A DNA stretch of 32,830 bases from Myxococcota bacterium. GTDB lineage: Bacteria; Myxococcota; JACRCW01. Shown here piece after piece: positions 17,714 through 25,835 of the stretch (positions are counted from its first letter, which is position 1; every line of letters starts with the position of its first letter). Where the stretch lies: the NCBI GenBank assembly GCA_040752415.1, contig JBFMGU010000119.1:1-32830 (forward strand), read 5' to 3'. A program made the translations under genes and the position numbers. Under the pieces are notes generated by a model, which was given only the letters and a program-made list of their open reading frames with translations, searched no databases and was not told where the DNA came from.

Positions 17714-18817
17714 ATGTCGTCCAGTCTTCTCAGCATCGACCAGGCGCTCAAGGGTTGGCACGAAGGGTTCCTGGCGTGGGCACGCGACGTGGGCGTGTCG
17801 CTGCCCCCACCGTTGCTGGATGGTGTTCCCCCTGACGCCGGTCCGCCTCGTCACACCGAGGTGCTCTTTGGCGAGTCGAGGGGGCACGCGTTGTGGACGC
17901 AGTGGTCGGACATCCCCGGCGCCACCGCGCGCGACATCCTGCTGCAGATGGTGAGCACGCAGGCGGACTGCCACATGGGTGGCGTCGAGATGCAGCGCAA
18001 TCTCCTCGACGCGGCGCCCACGCCGGAGGACCAGGAGGCGCTGCGTTTCCTGATCCAGGAGAACGTCACCAGCGCGGCGGCCCTGGGTGGCCTGCTCATC
18101 CGCCACTTCCCCAAGCGGGGTGCCATCGCGGCGGCCGCCCTCCTCGAGCGCAGGGCCTATCTCCGTACGCGCGTCCTCAACGCGTTCAATCACCCGCTGC
18201 GCCACTGGCTGGACCTCATGTGCTTCGTGGCGTTCGTGAACCTGTGCGCCAAGCTCGCGCTGGAGACCATGGCGGTGGGCGGTTTTGCGCCGGTGGCCGG
18301 CTGCGCGGAGAAGCTGGTGCAGCAGCACGGTGAGCACGCCCGTCTTGGCGCGCGTGGGCTGGCACGGGTGGTCCAGGCGGGTCGCGTGGAGCCGGCGCTG
18401 TTGCAGCGTTACGTGAACCGCTGGGTGGCCCTGGCACTGGACCTGTTTGGGTGGGACCGCAGTGAGACGGCGGCGCTGGCCTATCGCTCCGGTCTCAAGG
18501 GCCGCGTGCACGAGATGGAACGCTCCGAGCCGCCGGAGGATCCCACCCAGCTCAATGACGACGCGCGCATGCGCTGGCTCTTCGAGGTGGAGAACATCCT
18601 GGCCGGACTGAACCGCACCAACCTGCGCGGTCAGCCGCTGAAGGTCCCGCCCAAGTACGCCAACCGCGCCATCACCGACGACGCACGCCCCACCGGCCGC
18701 GGCGCCGCCGTTCCGGATGAGCGCAGCGGCTCGGCGGATTGGCCGCTGCCCACGTCGGAGGATGATGAGCGGGTTCAGCAGATCATGTCCCAGAAGGGTT
18801 GGATTGCGGCGCCATGA
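17714..18817 (+). CDS. BoxB/PaaA-like ferritin-fold protein with degenerate metal site
   Basis: Collinear with BoxB as recalled: 'ALKGWHEGFLAW', 'FGESRG', 'RVLNAFN..HWL', 'LQRYVNRW..LDLFG' and 'YRSGLKGR.HE'. Start at ATG 17714 after GAGAGG. Confidence 0.75.
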   Translation: MSSSLLSIDQALKGWHEGFLAWARDVGVSLPPPLLDGVPPDAGPPRHTEVLFGESRGHALWTQWSDIPGATARDILLQMVSTQADCHMGGVEMQRNLLDAAPTPEDQEALRFLIQENVTSAAALGGLLIRHFPKRGAIAAAALLERRAYLRTRVLNAFNHPLRHWLDLMCFVAFVNLCAKLALETMAVGGFAPVAGCAEKLVQQHGEHARLGARGLARVVQAGRVEPALLQRYVNRWVALALDLFGWDRSETAALAYRSGLKGRVHEMERSEPPEDPTQLNDDARMRWLFEVENILAGLNRTNLRGQPLKVPPKYANRAITDDARPTGRGAAVPDERSGSADWPLPTSEDDERVQQIMSQKGWIAAP

Positions 18818-19413
18818 TCGGGCGGTTGACGGGGACCATCGTCGAGAAGGACCTCAAGGGTGTGATCCTGGACGTGGGCGGCGTGGGTTACGACGTGCTG
18901 CTCCCGCTGGGGGACCTGACCCGCGTGGGCCAGCTGGGTGAGCGCGTCACGTTGCGCATCCACACCCACGTGCGGGAGGACGCGCTGCAGCTGTTTGGCT
19001 TCCTCACCGACGACGGAAAGGCCGCGTTCAACACGCTGCTCAGCGTCAACGGCGTGGGCCCCAAGATGGCGCTGGGCATCCTCAGCGGCATTGATCCGGG
19101 GGAGCTCTCCGCCGCGGTGCAACAGAAGGACCTGGCGCGACTCACCGCCATTCCCGGCGTGGGCAAGAAGACCGCGGAGCGGTTGTGCCTGGAGCTGGCG
19201 GGGAAGCTGGGTCCCGTCGTCGCGGTGCACGCGGGGCCGCCCACCGCCAGCCAGGTGCTCTCCGACCTCAAGAGCGCGCTGGACAACCTGGGCTACAAGG
19301 GCGCGCAGATCGACAAGGTGGTCAAGGCGCTGGAGACGCCCGCACGGGACGGCGCCACCATGGAAGTGCTGGTCCGCGACGCCCTGCGCATGCTCGCGCG
19401 CGGCGAGGCCTGA
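18814..19413 (+). CDS. ruvA: Holliday junction branch migration protein RuvA
   Basis: Motifs 'MIGRLTG', 'DVGGVGY', 'HVREDALQLFGF', 'VNGVGPKMAL', 'IPGVGKKTAERL' and 'ALDNLGY'. Confidence 0.97.
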   Translation: MIGRLTGTIVEKDLKGVILDVGGVGYDVLLPLGDLTRVGQLGERVTLRIHTHVREDALQLFGFLTDDGKAAFNTLLSVNGVGPKMALGILSGIDPGELSAAVQQKDLARLTAIPGVGKKTAERLCLELAGKLGPVVAVHAGPPTASQVLSDLKSALDNLGYKGAQIDKVVKALETPARDGATMEVLVRDALRMLARGEA

Positions 19414-19416
19414 CGG

Positions 19417-20880
19417 TCACGGTGCGTCGGTGTTCAGGATCAGCTGCGCGTAGAACTTCACCAGCCGCTCCACGTCCTGCAACGAGGCGCGCTCATTGGT
19501 GCCGTGGATGCGCTTGATGTCCTCGTTCTGCAGCAGGAACGGGCGGAACCGGTAGATGTCGTTGCTCATTCCCTCGTAATGGCGCGCGTCCGTGGCGCTC
19601 ACAACCAGCGACGGAGCCACCACCGCGGAAGGCTCAACCTGCCGCAGCGTGCGAGCAAACATGGCGAAGTTGGGCGCGCTGTCGTCGGAGACGGCGGAGG
19701 GCTCGTTGGCGGGCGGGAGCACCTGGACCTGGACGCGCTCGTCGTCAATCACGTCCTTCACGTGCTCCACCACGGACGCCACCGTGTCCCCGGGAAGGAT
19801 GCGGAAGTTCACCACGGCGCGCGCGCGGATGGGCAGCACGTTCTCCTTCACGCTGCCCTCGAACATGGTGGCTGCAGTGGTGGTGCGGATGAGCGCGGCA
19901 GTGGAGTTCTTCCCCAACGCCAACTGCTTCACGACGGGGGATAGCAGCCACAGGTTCGCGAACACGATCTTGCGTGACAGCGGCATCTCGGGGCCCACGT
20001 GCTCGAACAGGCGACGCGCCACGCCAGAGATGGACGCGGGCATGGGATTGGCTTCCAGCCTGTGGATGGCGGTGCTGAGGATGCCCACGGCGGTGTGCGG
20101 CGGTGGCATCGACGAGTGGCCGCCCTCCCCGTTCACCACCAGCTCGACGGAGAGGTACCCCTTCTGCGCCACGCCCAGCGCGCCCACCGGCGGCCCCACG
20201 CCCTGGATCACGCCCTGCACCATGAGGAGCCCCTCGTCATTGACGTAGTGCAGCGACTTCACGCCGCGGGACACCAGCAGGTCGCGGATGGCGGCGGCGC
20301 CGTTGCCGATGACCTCCTCGTCGTGACCAAAGGCCATCAGGAAGGTGCGCCGGGGCGCATGGCCCTTCTCCAGCAGCATCTCCACCGCTTCCAGGATGGC
20401 CATCATGCCGCCCTTGTCATCGATGGAGCCGCGTCCCCAGATGTAGCCGTCCACCTCGCGACCCTCGAACGGCGGGTGCGTCCACTGCTCCTCCGTGCCC
20501 GCCTCGACGGGGACCACGTCCATATGCGCCATGAGCATGGCGGGAGCGAGTGCGGGGTCGGTGCCCTTCCACGTGAAGAGCAGGCTGTGCTCCGCCACGA
20601 CGTCCTTCTGCAGCTTCTGGTGCACCTGCGGGAACGCGCGCTCCAGGAAGGCGTGCAGCCCGCGGAATTCCTCCGCGTCGACCTTGCTGCGGTCCTGGTG
20701 GGAGATGGTCTTGAAACGCACGGCCTCGGAGAGGTGGCTGGCGGCGCGTTTGACGTCGACAACGACGGTGGACGCCGGCGGAGGAGGCACCTGCTTGGAG
20801 CCGAAGCGCGCGGTGTTGATGAGCAGGACCACCACCACGGCGCCCAGGAGCGCGGCCAGCGCAGTCAGGACCTTTTTCAT
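19417..20880 (-). CDS. M20-family peptidase (PM20D1/carboxypeptidase S-like)
   Basis: N-terminal signal anchor, plus motifs 'AHMDVVP', 'WGRGSIDDKG', 'GHDEE', 'DEG', 'GGHSSMP' and 'IHGTNE'. Confidence 0.92.
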   Translation of the reverse strand: MKKVLTALAALLGAVVVVLLINTARFGSKQVPPPPASTVVVDVKRAASHLSEAVRFKTISHQDRSKVDAEEFRGLHAFLERAFPQVHQKLQKDVVAEHSLLFTWKGTDPALAPAMLMAHMDVVPVEAGTEEQWTHPPFEGREVDGYIWGRGSIDDKGGMMAILEAVEMLLEKGHAPRRTFLMAFGHDEEVIGNGAAAIRDLLVSRGVKSLHYVNDEGLLMVQGVIQGVGPPVGALGVAQKGYLSVELVVNGEGGHSSMPPPHTAVGILSTAIHRLEANPMPASISGVARRLFEHVGPEMPLSRKIVFANLWLLSPVVKQLALGKNSTAALIRTTTAATMFEGSVKENVLPIRARAVVNFRILPGDTVASVVEHVKDVIDDERVQVQVLPPANEPSAVSDDSAPNFAMFARTLRQVEPSAVVAPSLVVSATDARHYEGMSNDIYRFRPFLLQNEDIKRIHGTNERASLQDVERLVKFYAQLILNTDAP

Positions 20881-20947
20881 GATCTCCCCGTCGTCGGGAC
20901 CAACGTGGCACACGCGCGGGGCTCACTCCAAGCGACAAGGTGCGCAT

Positions 20948-21619
20948 ATGCTCCCATCCGACATGGTCGCGGGCATTGCAGAGCTGGTGGGCACGGAGGA
21001 GCTGACGCTGGAGATTTCCGGCCGCGTCCCCGAGGACGAGGCGCGGAAACGCGTTCCCTCCGAGCTGCCGCTGGAAATCCACGACGGCGGCGTGTCCGTC
21101 ATGGTGCTCCTGTTCTCCATGCGCGGCCTGCATGCGCGTCTCACACTGCTGCCGCGGTTCAACTACGGAGAGGCGCTGTGGCGCATTGGCGTGCGCTTCC
21201 ACGACGAGCCCGCGTGGTTCTCCCCCGCCTGCGACATTGACAACCCGCTCATCCGCGCCATGGGCGCGCGCGTGGTGCGGTACCCGGTGCGGGAGGCGCG
21301 GATTGTGCTGCGGGAAGCACGCGGCGTGCACGCCCACGTCGACACCGCGGAAGGAGCACTGACGGCCTCGGCGACACCGCTCACGGGTTCATTGCCGCCA
21401 ACCCATCCGCGGCCGCAGCTGGTGGGGAGCAGTGGAAACCTGTTCCGCATCCCGTGGGGTGAGGAGCCCGCGCCGTTCCGACGTCACGCCACGGTCAGCG
21501 TCGGAGACGCGTCACTCGCGGTGAGAACGTTGGGTGGTCCCATTCGCTGGGATGCCGTGGGAGTCATCCACAAGGGGCGCATGCATCACTGCGGTCCCGC
21601 GCGTCGCGTCTCGCCGTAG
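20948..21619 (+). CDS. DUF2071/YqjF-like (acetoacetate decarboxylase-fold) protein
   Basis: 'RKRVPSELPLEIHDG..V..LLFSM', 'YGEALWR', 'AWF..DIDN' and 'RYP' resemble DUF2071. The upstream part of the 374-aa ORF is antisense to the M20 gene. Start is 20948 or 20963. Confidence 0.5.
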   Translation: MLPSDMVAGIAELVGTEELTLEISGRVPEDEARKRVPSELPLEIHDGGVSVMVLLFSMRGLHARLTLLPRFNYGEALWRIGVRFHDEPAWFSPACDIDNPLIRAMGARVVRYPVREARIVLREARGVHAHVDTAEGALTASATPLTGSLPPTHPRPQLVGSSGNLFRIPWGEEPAPFRRHATVSVGDASLAVRTLGGPIRWDAVGVIHKGRMHHCGPARRVSP

Positions 21620-21713
21620 CATCAGTAGCGGACGACCCCGCTGTGGGTGGCGCTGTGCGCACGCCAGCGGCCGAGCACATGCCGGCCCGCCCCTCGTCTG
21701 GCATAATGCCCTC

Positions 21714-22283
21714 ATGGTTGCCGCTAGAGCCCCCTCATTCTTCACGGAGAAGGAATATCTCGCGCTTGAGGCCGTCGCGGAGTCACGCCACGAGTACTCA
21801 GGCGGGCTCATCTTGGCGATGGCGGGAGCGGAGTTCGCGCACAACCAAATCGCCCAGAACGTCCGCGCAGAGCTGACGGTCGCGTTGCTGGAGCGCCCCT
21901 GCCACATTCTGAGCAGTGATCAACGGGTGAAGGTGGAAGCCACCAGCGAGTACTACTACCCCGACGTGATCGTGACCTGTCAGCACCCGGTGCTGGTCGA
22001 TCCTCGGCCGCAGTCACTGCTGAACCCCGAGGTCATCGTCGAGGTGCTTTCAACGACCACCGGTGACTTCGACCACGGCACCAAGTGGCTGGCGTACCGC
22101 ACCATCCCAACGCTCACGGACTACGTGATGGTCTCGAGCACGCGGCGCGAGTTGGAGCACTACCAGCGCGCCCCCGACGGCACCTGGGCTTCCCGCACAC
22201 TGGTTGGCGACGGAAAATGCACACTCACCAACGGGGTCCAGCTTGAGTTGGCCAAGATGTACCGCCTGGTGCCCAACCTCTGA
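21714..22283 (+). CDS. Uma2 (DUF820) family endonuclease
   Basis: Motifs 'EYLALE..RHEY..G..AMAG..HN', 'YYPDVIV', 'NPEVIVEVLS' and 'KWLAYRTIPTLTDYVMV'. Confidence 0.92.
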   Translation: MVAARAPSFFTEKEYLALEAVAESRHEYSGGLILAMAGAEFAHNQIAQNVRAELTVALLERPCHILSSDQRVKVEATSEYYYPDVIVTCQHPVLVDPRPQSLLNPEVIVEVLSTTTGDFDHGTKWLAYRTIPTLTDYVMVSSTRRELEHYQRAPDGTWASRTLVGDGKCTLTNGVQLELAKMYRLVPNL

Positions 22284-22286
22284 GCG

Positions 22287-23381
22287 TCAGTGACCGCCGC
22301 CCTTGGCCGCCGGCTTGGCGTGCCAGATGCGCGTGCACAACAGGAATCCCGCAAAAGCCCACGGCGCCAGGAAGAGCGGCCAGTAGAGCCAGTCCTTGGT
22401 CGTCAGGAAGCCCAACGCAAGGCTCTGGACCGCGGTGCCCAGGTACACGAACCCGTCGATCATCGCGGTGGCCGTCGCCGCGCCCTTGCGACCACCGAAG
22501 TCCATCGTCGCCGTTCCGCTCAGAAGGCCGTGCGTGCCGATGACGCAGATGGAGATGAGGAACACCAGCAGCCCCAGCCAGAACGGGCTCAGCGTCAACC
22601 TCGGCCCCGCCTGCAGCACACGACGATCACCCGCGCGCTGCTCCTTGGCTTTGTCGACGAGGGAAATCTCCAGCGTCTGCCCGTCGCGCTTGATGGTCAT
22701 GGGGATGCTGCCGGTCGTGAGTGGGGTGGTGGTGTCATCCGCCTCCACTTCACCGGTGCACATGCAGCGCTGGCCATCCCAGTGACTCCCGCCCACGCAC
22801 GTGCTGCGCACACACGCAAACGCGCGCGAGATCTCCGACCAGTTCTTGACGTCGGCCTGCCCCGCCACGGAGACGATCTCATCGCCCACCTTCAGTGGCC
22901 CGTCCTTGTCCTTCACCCAGGCCACCTCGCGGGAGGTGTCGCCAAGCGCGAGGATCATCCACAGCGTGCAGATGCCCAGTCCCGCGTACAGGCCACCCGC
23001 GGCGGGAGCACGACGAGACTGGAAGAACAGGTCGCTCACCCAACCGGCCACGTTGCCGCCGAGCACACCCGCCGCGAACAACAGGCCGCCCCAGCCCGCC
23101 GGCACAAAAGGCACCAGGCCCAGACACGCCAGCCCCAGCCCCAACGCGCGCATCCGTCCGCCGCGCGACGCCATGGACAAGCCCGCCGCCACCGCAACGA
23201 GGCCGAGCGTGACCTCCCACGCGTGCCAGTCGCCATTCACCAGCGGGTGCATGCCGGGGAGCACCCAGATTTCCTTGGCGTAGATGGGAAACCAGTGCAT
23301 CACGCCGTTGCGCAGCACGCCGGTACAGAACTCGATCAACGCGACGGTGAAGATGATGGGGTGCGTGAAGACCCGCTTCAT
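22287..23381 (-). CDS. MFS transporter C-terminal half (GlpT/OPA-like) with PDZ-like insertion
   Basis: MFS motifs 'AGWVSDLFFQSRR' and 'DFGGRKGAATATAMIDGFVYLG'. Insert 'LKVGDEIVSVAG...TIKRDGQ'. Confidence 0.75.
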   Translation of the reverse strand: MKRVFTHPIIFTVALIEFCTGVLRNGVMHWFPIYAKEIWVLPGMHPLVNGDWHAWEVTLGLVAVAAGLSMASRGGRMRALGLGLACLGLVPFVPAGWGGLLFAAGVLGGNVAGWVSDLFFQSRRAPAAGGLYAGLGICTLWMILALGDTSREVAWVKDKDGPLKVGDEIVSVAGQADVKNWSEISRAFACVRSTCVGGSHWDGQRCMCTGEVEADDTTTPLTTGSIPMTIKRDGQTLEISLVDKAKEQRAGDRRVLQAGPRLTLSPFWLGLLVFLISICVIGTHGLLSGTATMDFGGRKGAATATAMIDGFVYLGTAVQSLALGFLTTKDWLYWPLFLAPWAFAGFLLCTRIWHAKPAAKGGGH

Positions 23382-24181
23382 GATGTGATGGTGGTGGGCC
23401 TGGGAATGGGCTCCAGCGCGGGAACGTCTTTGCCGTCGTCACCGCTGCTCGCGTCGCCGGTGTCGAAGTCATGGAAGCCCGCTAGGCCGGGGCGGTCGCG
23501 CAGCATCAACAGCTCCACGACGAAGATGGCCGCGAGCAACAACGCGGGACCGTAGAACACCCACCAGACACTCGCCGGCGCACCCGCCGCGCGGTCCTTG
23601 GACACCAGGTCCAGCAGCCAGCCGTTGACGCTGAACGCCAGGAAGATCCCCGACGAGATCATGGTGCCGAAGATCCCGGAGAACCCGCCGCGCTCCCGCA
23701 CGTGGAACCAGTGCGCGTTCACCTTCACGATGGCCACCGCGCCGAAGCTCTGGAAGTACATGTTGATGGCGTAGAGCACGGACATCCACAGCGTCAGGTT
23801 CTGCTTCCCCGGGTCCGGGCTGGTGAGGATGGATTGGACAAATGCGCCCATGCCCAGGTTGGCAGCCAGCGAGCCCAGCAGGCCGGCGAGCATGGTCTTG
23901 CGTCCACCGACGCGGTCGGTGAGCGGACCGTTGATGATGAACGCCAGCGCGTACGTGAAGGTTCCCGCGCCAAAGATGATCCCGAAGTCCTCCTTGGTCA
24001 TCAGGCTGCCGAGCGCGTTCTTGCTGACGGTCAGGTTGTAGCGGCCCATGTAGAGCAGCGCGTAGGCAAGCCCCAGCGGGAACCAGTTGAGGAATCTCCG
24101 ACGTCGGAATGCCGGCTCGTGCACCGGCCTGCCGCTTGCGTCAAAGGTGAGGCCCCCGCTGACTGCGCCCATGCTCGACAT
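23378..24181 (-). CDS. MFS transporter N-terminal half (GlpT/OPA-like); frameshifted relative to the C-half
   Basis: Motifs 'YALLYMGRYNL', 'GPLTDRVGGRK' (motif A) and 'HWFHVRERGGFSG'. About 6 TMs. Ends in the central loop. Confidence 0.8.
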   Translation of the reverse strand: MSSMGAVSGGLTFDASGRPVHEPAFRRRRFLNWFPLGLAYALLYMGRYNLTVSKNALGSLMTKEDFGIIFGAGTFTYALAFIINGPLTDRVGGRKTMLAGLLGSLAANLGMGAFVQSILTSPDPGKQNLTLWMSVLYAINMYFQSFGAVAIVKVNAHWFHVRERGGFSGIFGTMISSGIFLAFSVNGWLLDLVSKDRAAGAPASVWWVFYGPALLLAAIFVVELLMLRDRPGLAGFHDFDTGDASSGDDGKDVPALEPIPRPTTITS

Positions 24182-24352
24182 GGTTCCGTCCCGCCTTCCT
24201 CAGAAGGGTGCGCACCCTAGCCCGGTGCCGCCACGCGCGTGAAGCGAGGCTGATTCTCGCGCTCCACGTGTGACAATTGGGTGACAGTTCCCCGCGCAAA
24301 TGTTGGGAAGATGCGTGCGCGCTTCAAGCACGCTCGTCGTCAGATCGCGCGT

Positions 24353-24952
24353 TCACGACGGAAGCTTGCCGTCGACCATGCCCTGGATGCTGCCCGCCAC
24401 CCACTTGCGCACCGCCGCCACCCAGGCCTGGTGCTTGCGCGAGTTGCGCTCCTTGAGGAACTGCTCGAACCACGCGTCGACGACACCCTGCGCCAGCTCC
24501 AGCATCGCGCTGCGGTCGATGATCGCGGCCTCGTCGGCGAGCGCCTGCCGGTCGATCTCCGCGTTCTCACCGGGTTTCTCACCCTTCTCCACGCGCGGGC
24601 CGGCGTCCTGCTCCTCCACCTTGGGCAGCTTGACGCCGTTGAACGTGAGGTTGTCCGACTTCAACGCTCCGCTCAGCACCGTGCCATTGATGTCCAGCTG
24701 CACCTTGGCCTGCACCACCATGGCGCCGCGCCACAACGCCACGAACAGCTCCGGCGCGCGGTGCGCGTGCTCACCCTTGATGACGACGTCACTTCCGCTG
24801 CCATCCATGGAGCGCAGCTTGAGGTGCTGCCCCACGGACACGCGCACCACGTGCTCACCCACCTGCAGCTCCTCGCCCGACTCACCGGCGTGCCACAGGA
24901 ACGTGAGGAACTCCGCGCCCAGGTACTCGGGGGAGACGTTCATCTCAGCCAT
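24353..24952 (-). CDS. hypothetical protein, probable RdgC C-terminal-like partner
   Basis: 199 aa with 'YLGAEFLTFLW'. Has a GGAGG SD and an 8-bp overlap with the upstream RdgC-like gene. Confidence 0.55.
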   Translation of the reverse strand: MAEMNVSPEYLGAEFLTFLWHAGESGEELQVGEHVVRVSVGQHLKLRSMDGSGSDVVIKGEHAHRAPELFVALWRGAMVVQAKVQLDINGTVLSGALKSDNLTFNGVKLPKVEEQDAGPRVEKGEKPGENAEIDRQALADEAAIIDRSAMLELAQGVVDAWFEQFLKERNSRKHQAWVAAVRKWVAGSIQGMVDGKLPS

Positions 24953-25589
24953 GGGCTGCCTCCAGCTCACGCGCGGGCATGGTCACCGACGCAATGGGAC
25001 CGCTGAGCGGAACGGTGTCGCCCTTCAACGTGGCCAGATCCACGCCGAGACGCACCATGAGGCCGGCCACCTCGCTCTCCTCCATGGCCAGCTCAAAGGT
25101 CCGCGCGAACAGCTCCCCGCAGGCCTGCGCCATCTGCTTGCTGGCCCCGTAGAGACGCACCTCCGCCTTCTCCGGGTTCCACACCAGCTCCGCCACCTTG
25201 CGACGGATGGGCGCGCGCGCCCGCAGCTCGAAGACAATGGCGTCCTTGAGCGCGGCACGCTCGTCGCGGGAGAGGCGCCGGCCCTTCTCGAACTGCAGCT
25301 CGCGCACGCGCAGCTTGAGCTCGTCACGCACGTCGGCGGCGCGCAGCACCTTCTCGTCCCGACGGAACCCCAGGCACACCAGCTCCCCGACGAAGACGTC
25401 CTCGGGACCCAGGTGGTCGGCCAGCGCGTCGGTGAGCGGAACCCAGCCAAAGGCCACCCCCTCGGCGTCCTTGGTGGGCATGAACCTGCGGGCATTGATG
25501 GAGCGGAGCGCCTTCTCGCGGAAGCCCTTTTGGGGCTGTCCGCCAATGAAGAAGCGCCGGAACGTGGCGGTACCCTTGAGCGCGGTCAT
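24945..25589 (-). CDS. rdgC: RdgC-like protein (N-terminal portion)
   Basis: 214 aa. 'FGWVP', 'FRRDEKVL...V...L..RV.ELQ...GRRLSRDERAALKDAI..EL..RA' and 'ASKQMA' parallel RdgC. The true start is 25589; the rest of the 464-aa ORF is a shadow. Confidence 0.7.
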   Translation of the reverse strand: MTALKGTATFRRFFIGGQPQKGFREKALRSINARRFMPTKDAEGVAFGWVPLTDALADHLGPEDVFVGELVCLGFRRDEKVLRAADVRDELKLRVRELQFEKGRRLSRDERAALKDAIVFELRARAPIRRKVAELVWNPEKAEVRLYGASKQMAQACGELFARTFELAMEESEVAGLMVRLGVDLATLKGDTVPLSGPIASVTMPARELEAAHG

Positions 25590-25835
25590 GGGCGCGCCTT
25601 CTATCACCAAACCGGCCGGACGCACGGATCTGCGCGAGATCACGGCCCGCGTGCAATCACCCCGCAATCCCGGGCCCGGCCGCTTACCGGCACCCCGCGC
25701 AGCCCCGCCGACGTGGAGGTGGTGCAGCGGCAATTGCGGGCGGGCCTTGGTGGCTTCCAGACGCGGCCTCGGCCGCAGGTCTTCTCGTTGGCGCACCATT
25801 GCACCCGCCCACGTCGTGATGGTTCCCTCCCGCCC

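Noticed and set aside
17714..18817. Functional aerobic benzoate (box) pathway
   Set aside because: The metal ligands appear lost, and no boxA, boxC or CoA ligase gene is adjacent.
7637..22283. Defence island (VapC, DUF429, Uma2)
   Set aside because: The three genes are scattered among housekeeping genes, with no clustering, integrase or boundary repeats.
24300..25835. N-terminal 512 aa of the 792-aa plus-strand ORF, suggesting a large fusion
   Set aside because: It is antisense to the two RdgC-like genes. Only the part from ATG 25836 looks like a real protein.
25590..25835. Possible structured RNA in the divergent intergenic region (cccgcaat/attgcggg, gtgcaat/attgcac)
   Set aside because: The stems are only 7-8 bp and dispersed, which is compatible with chance or with protein-binding sites. 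No recognisable RNA family.
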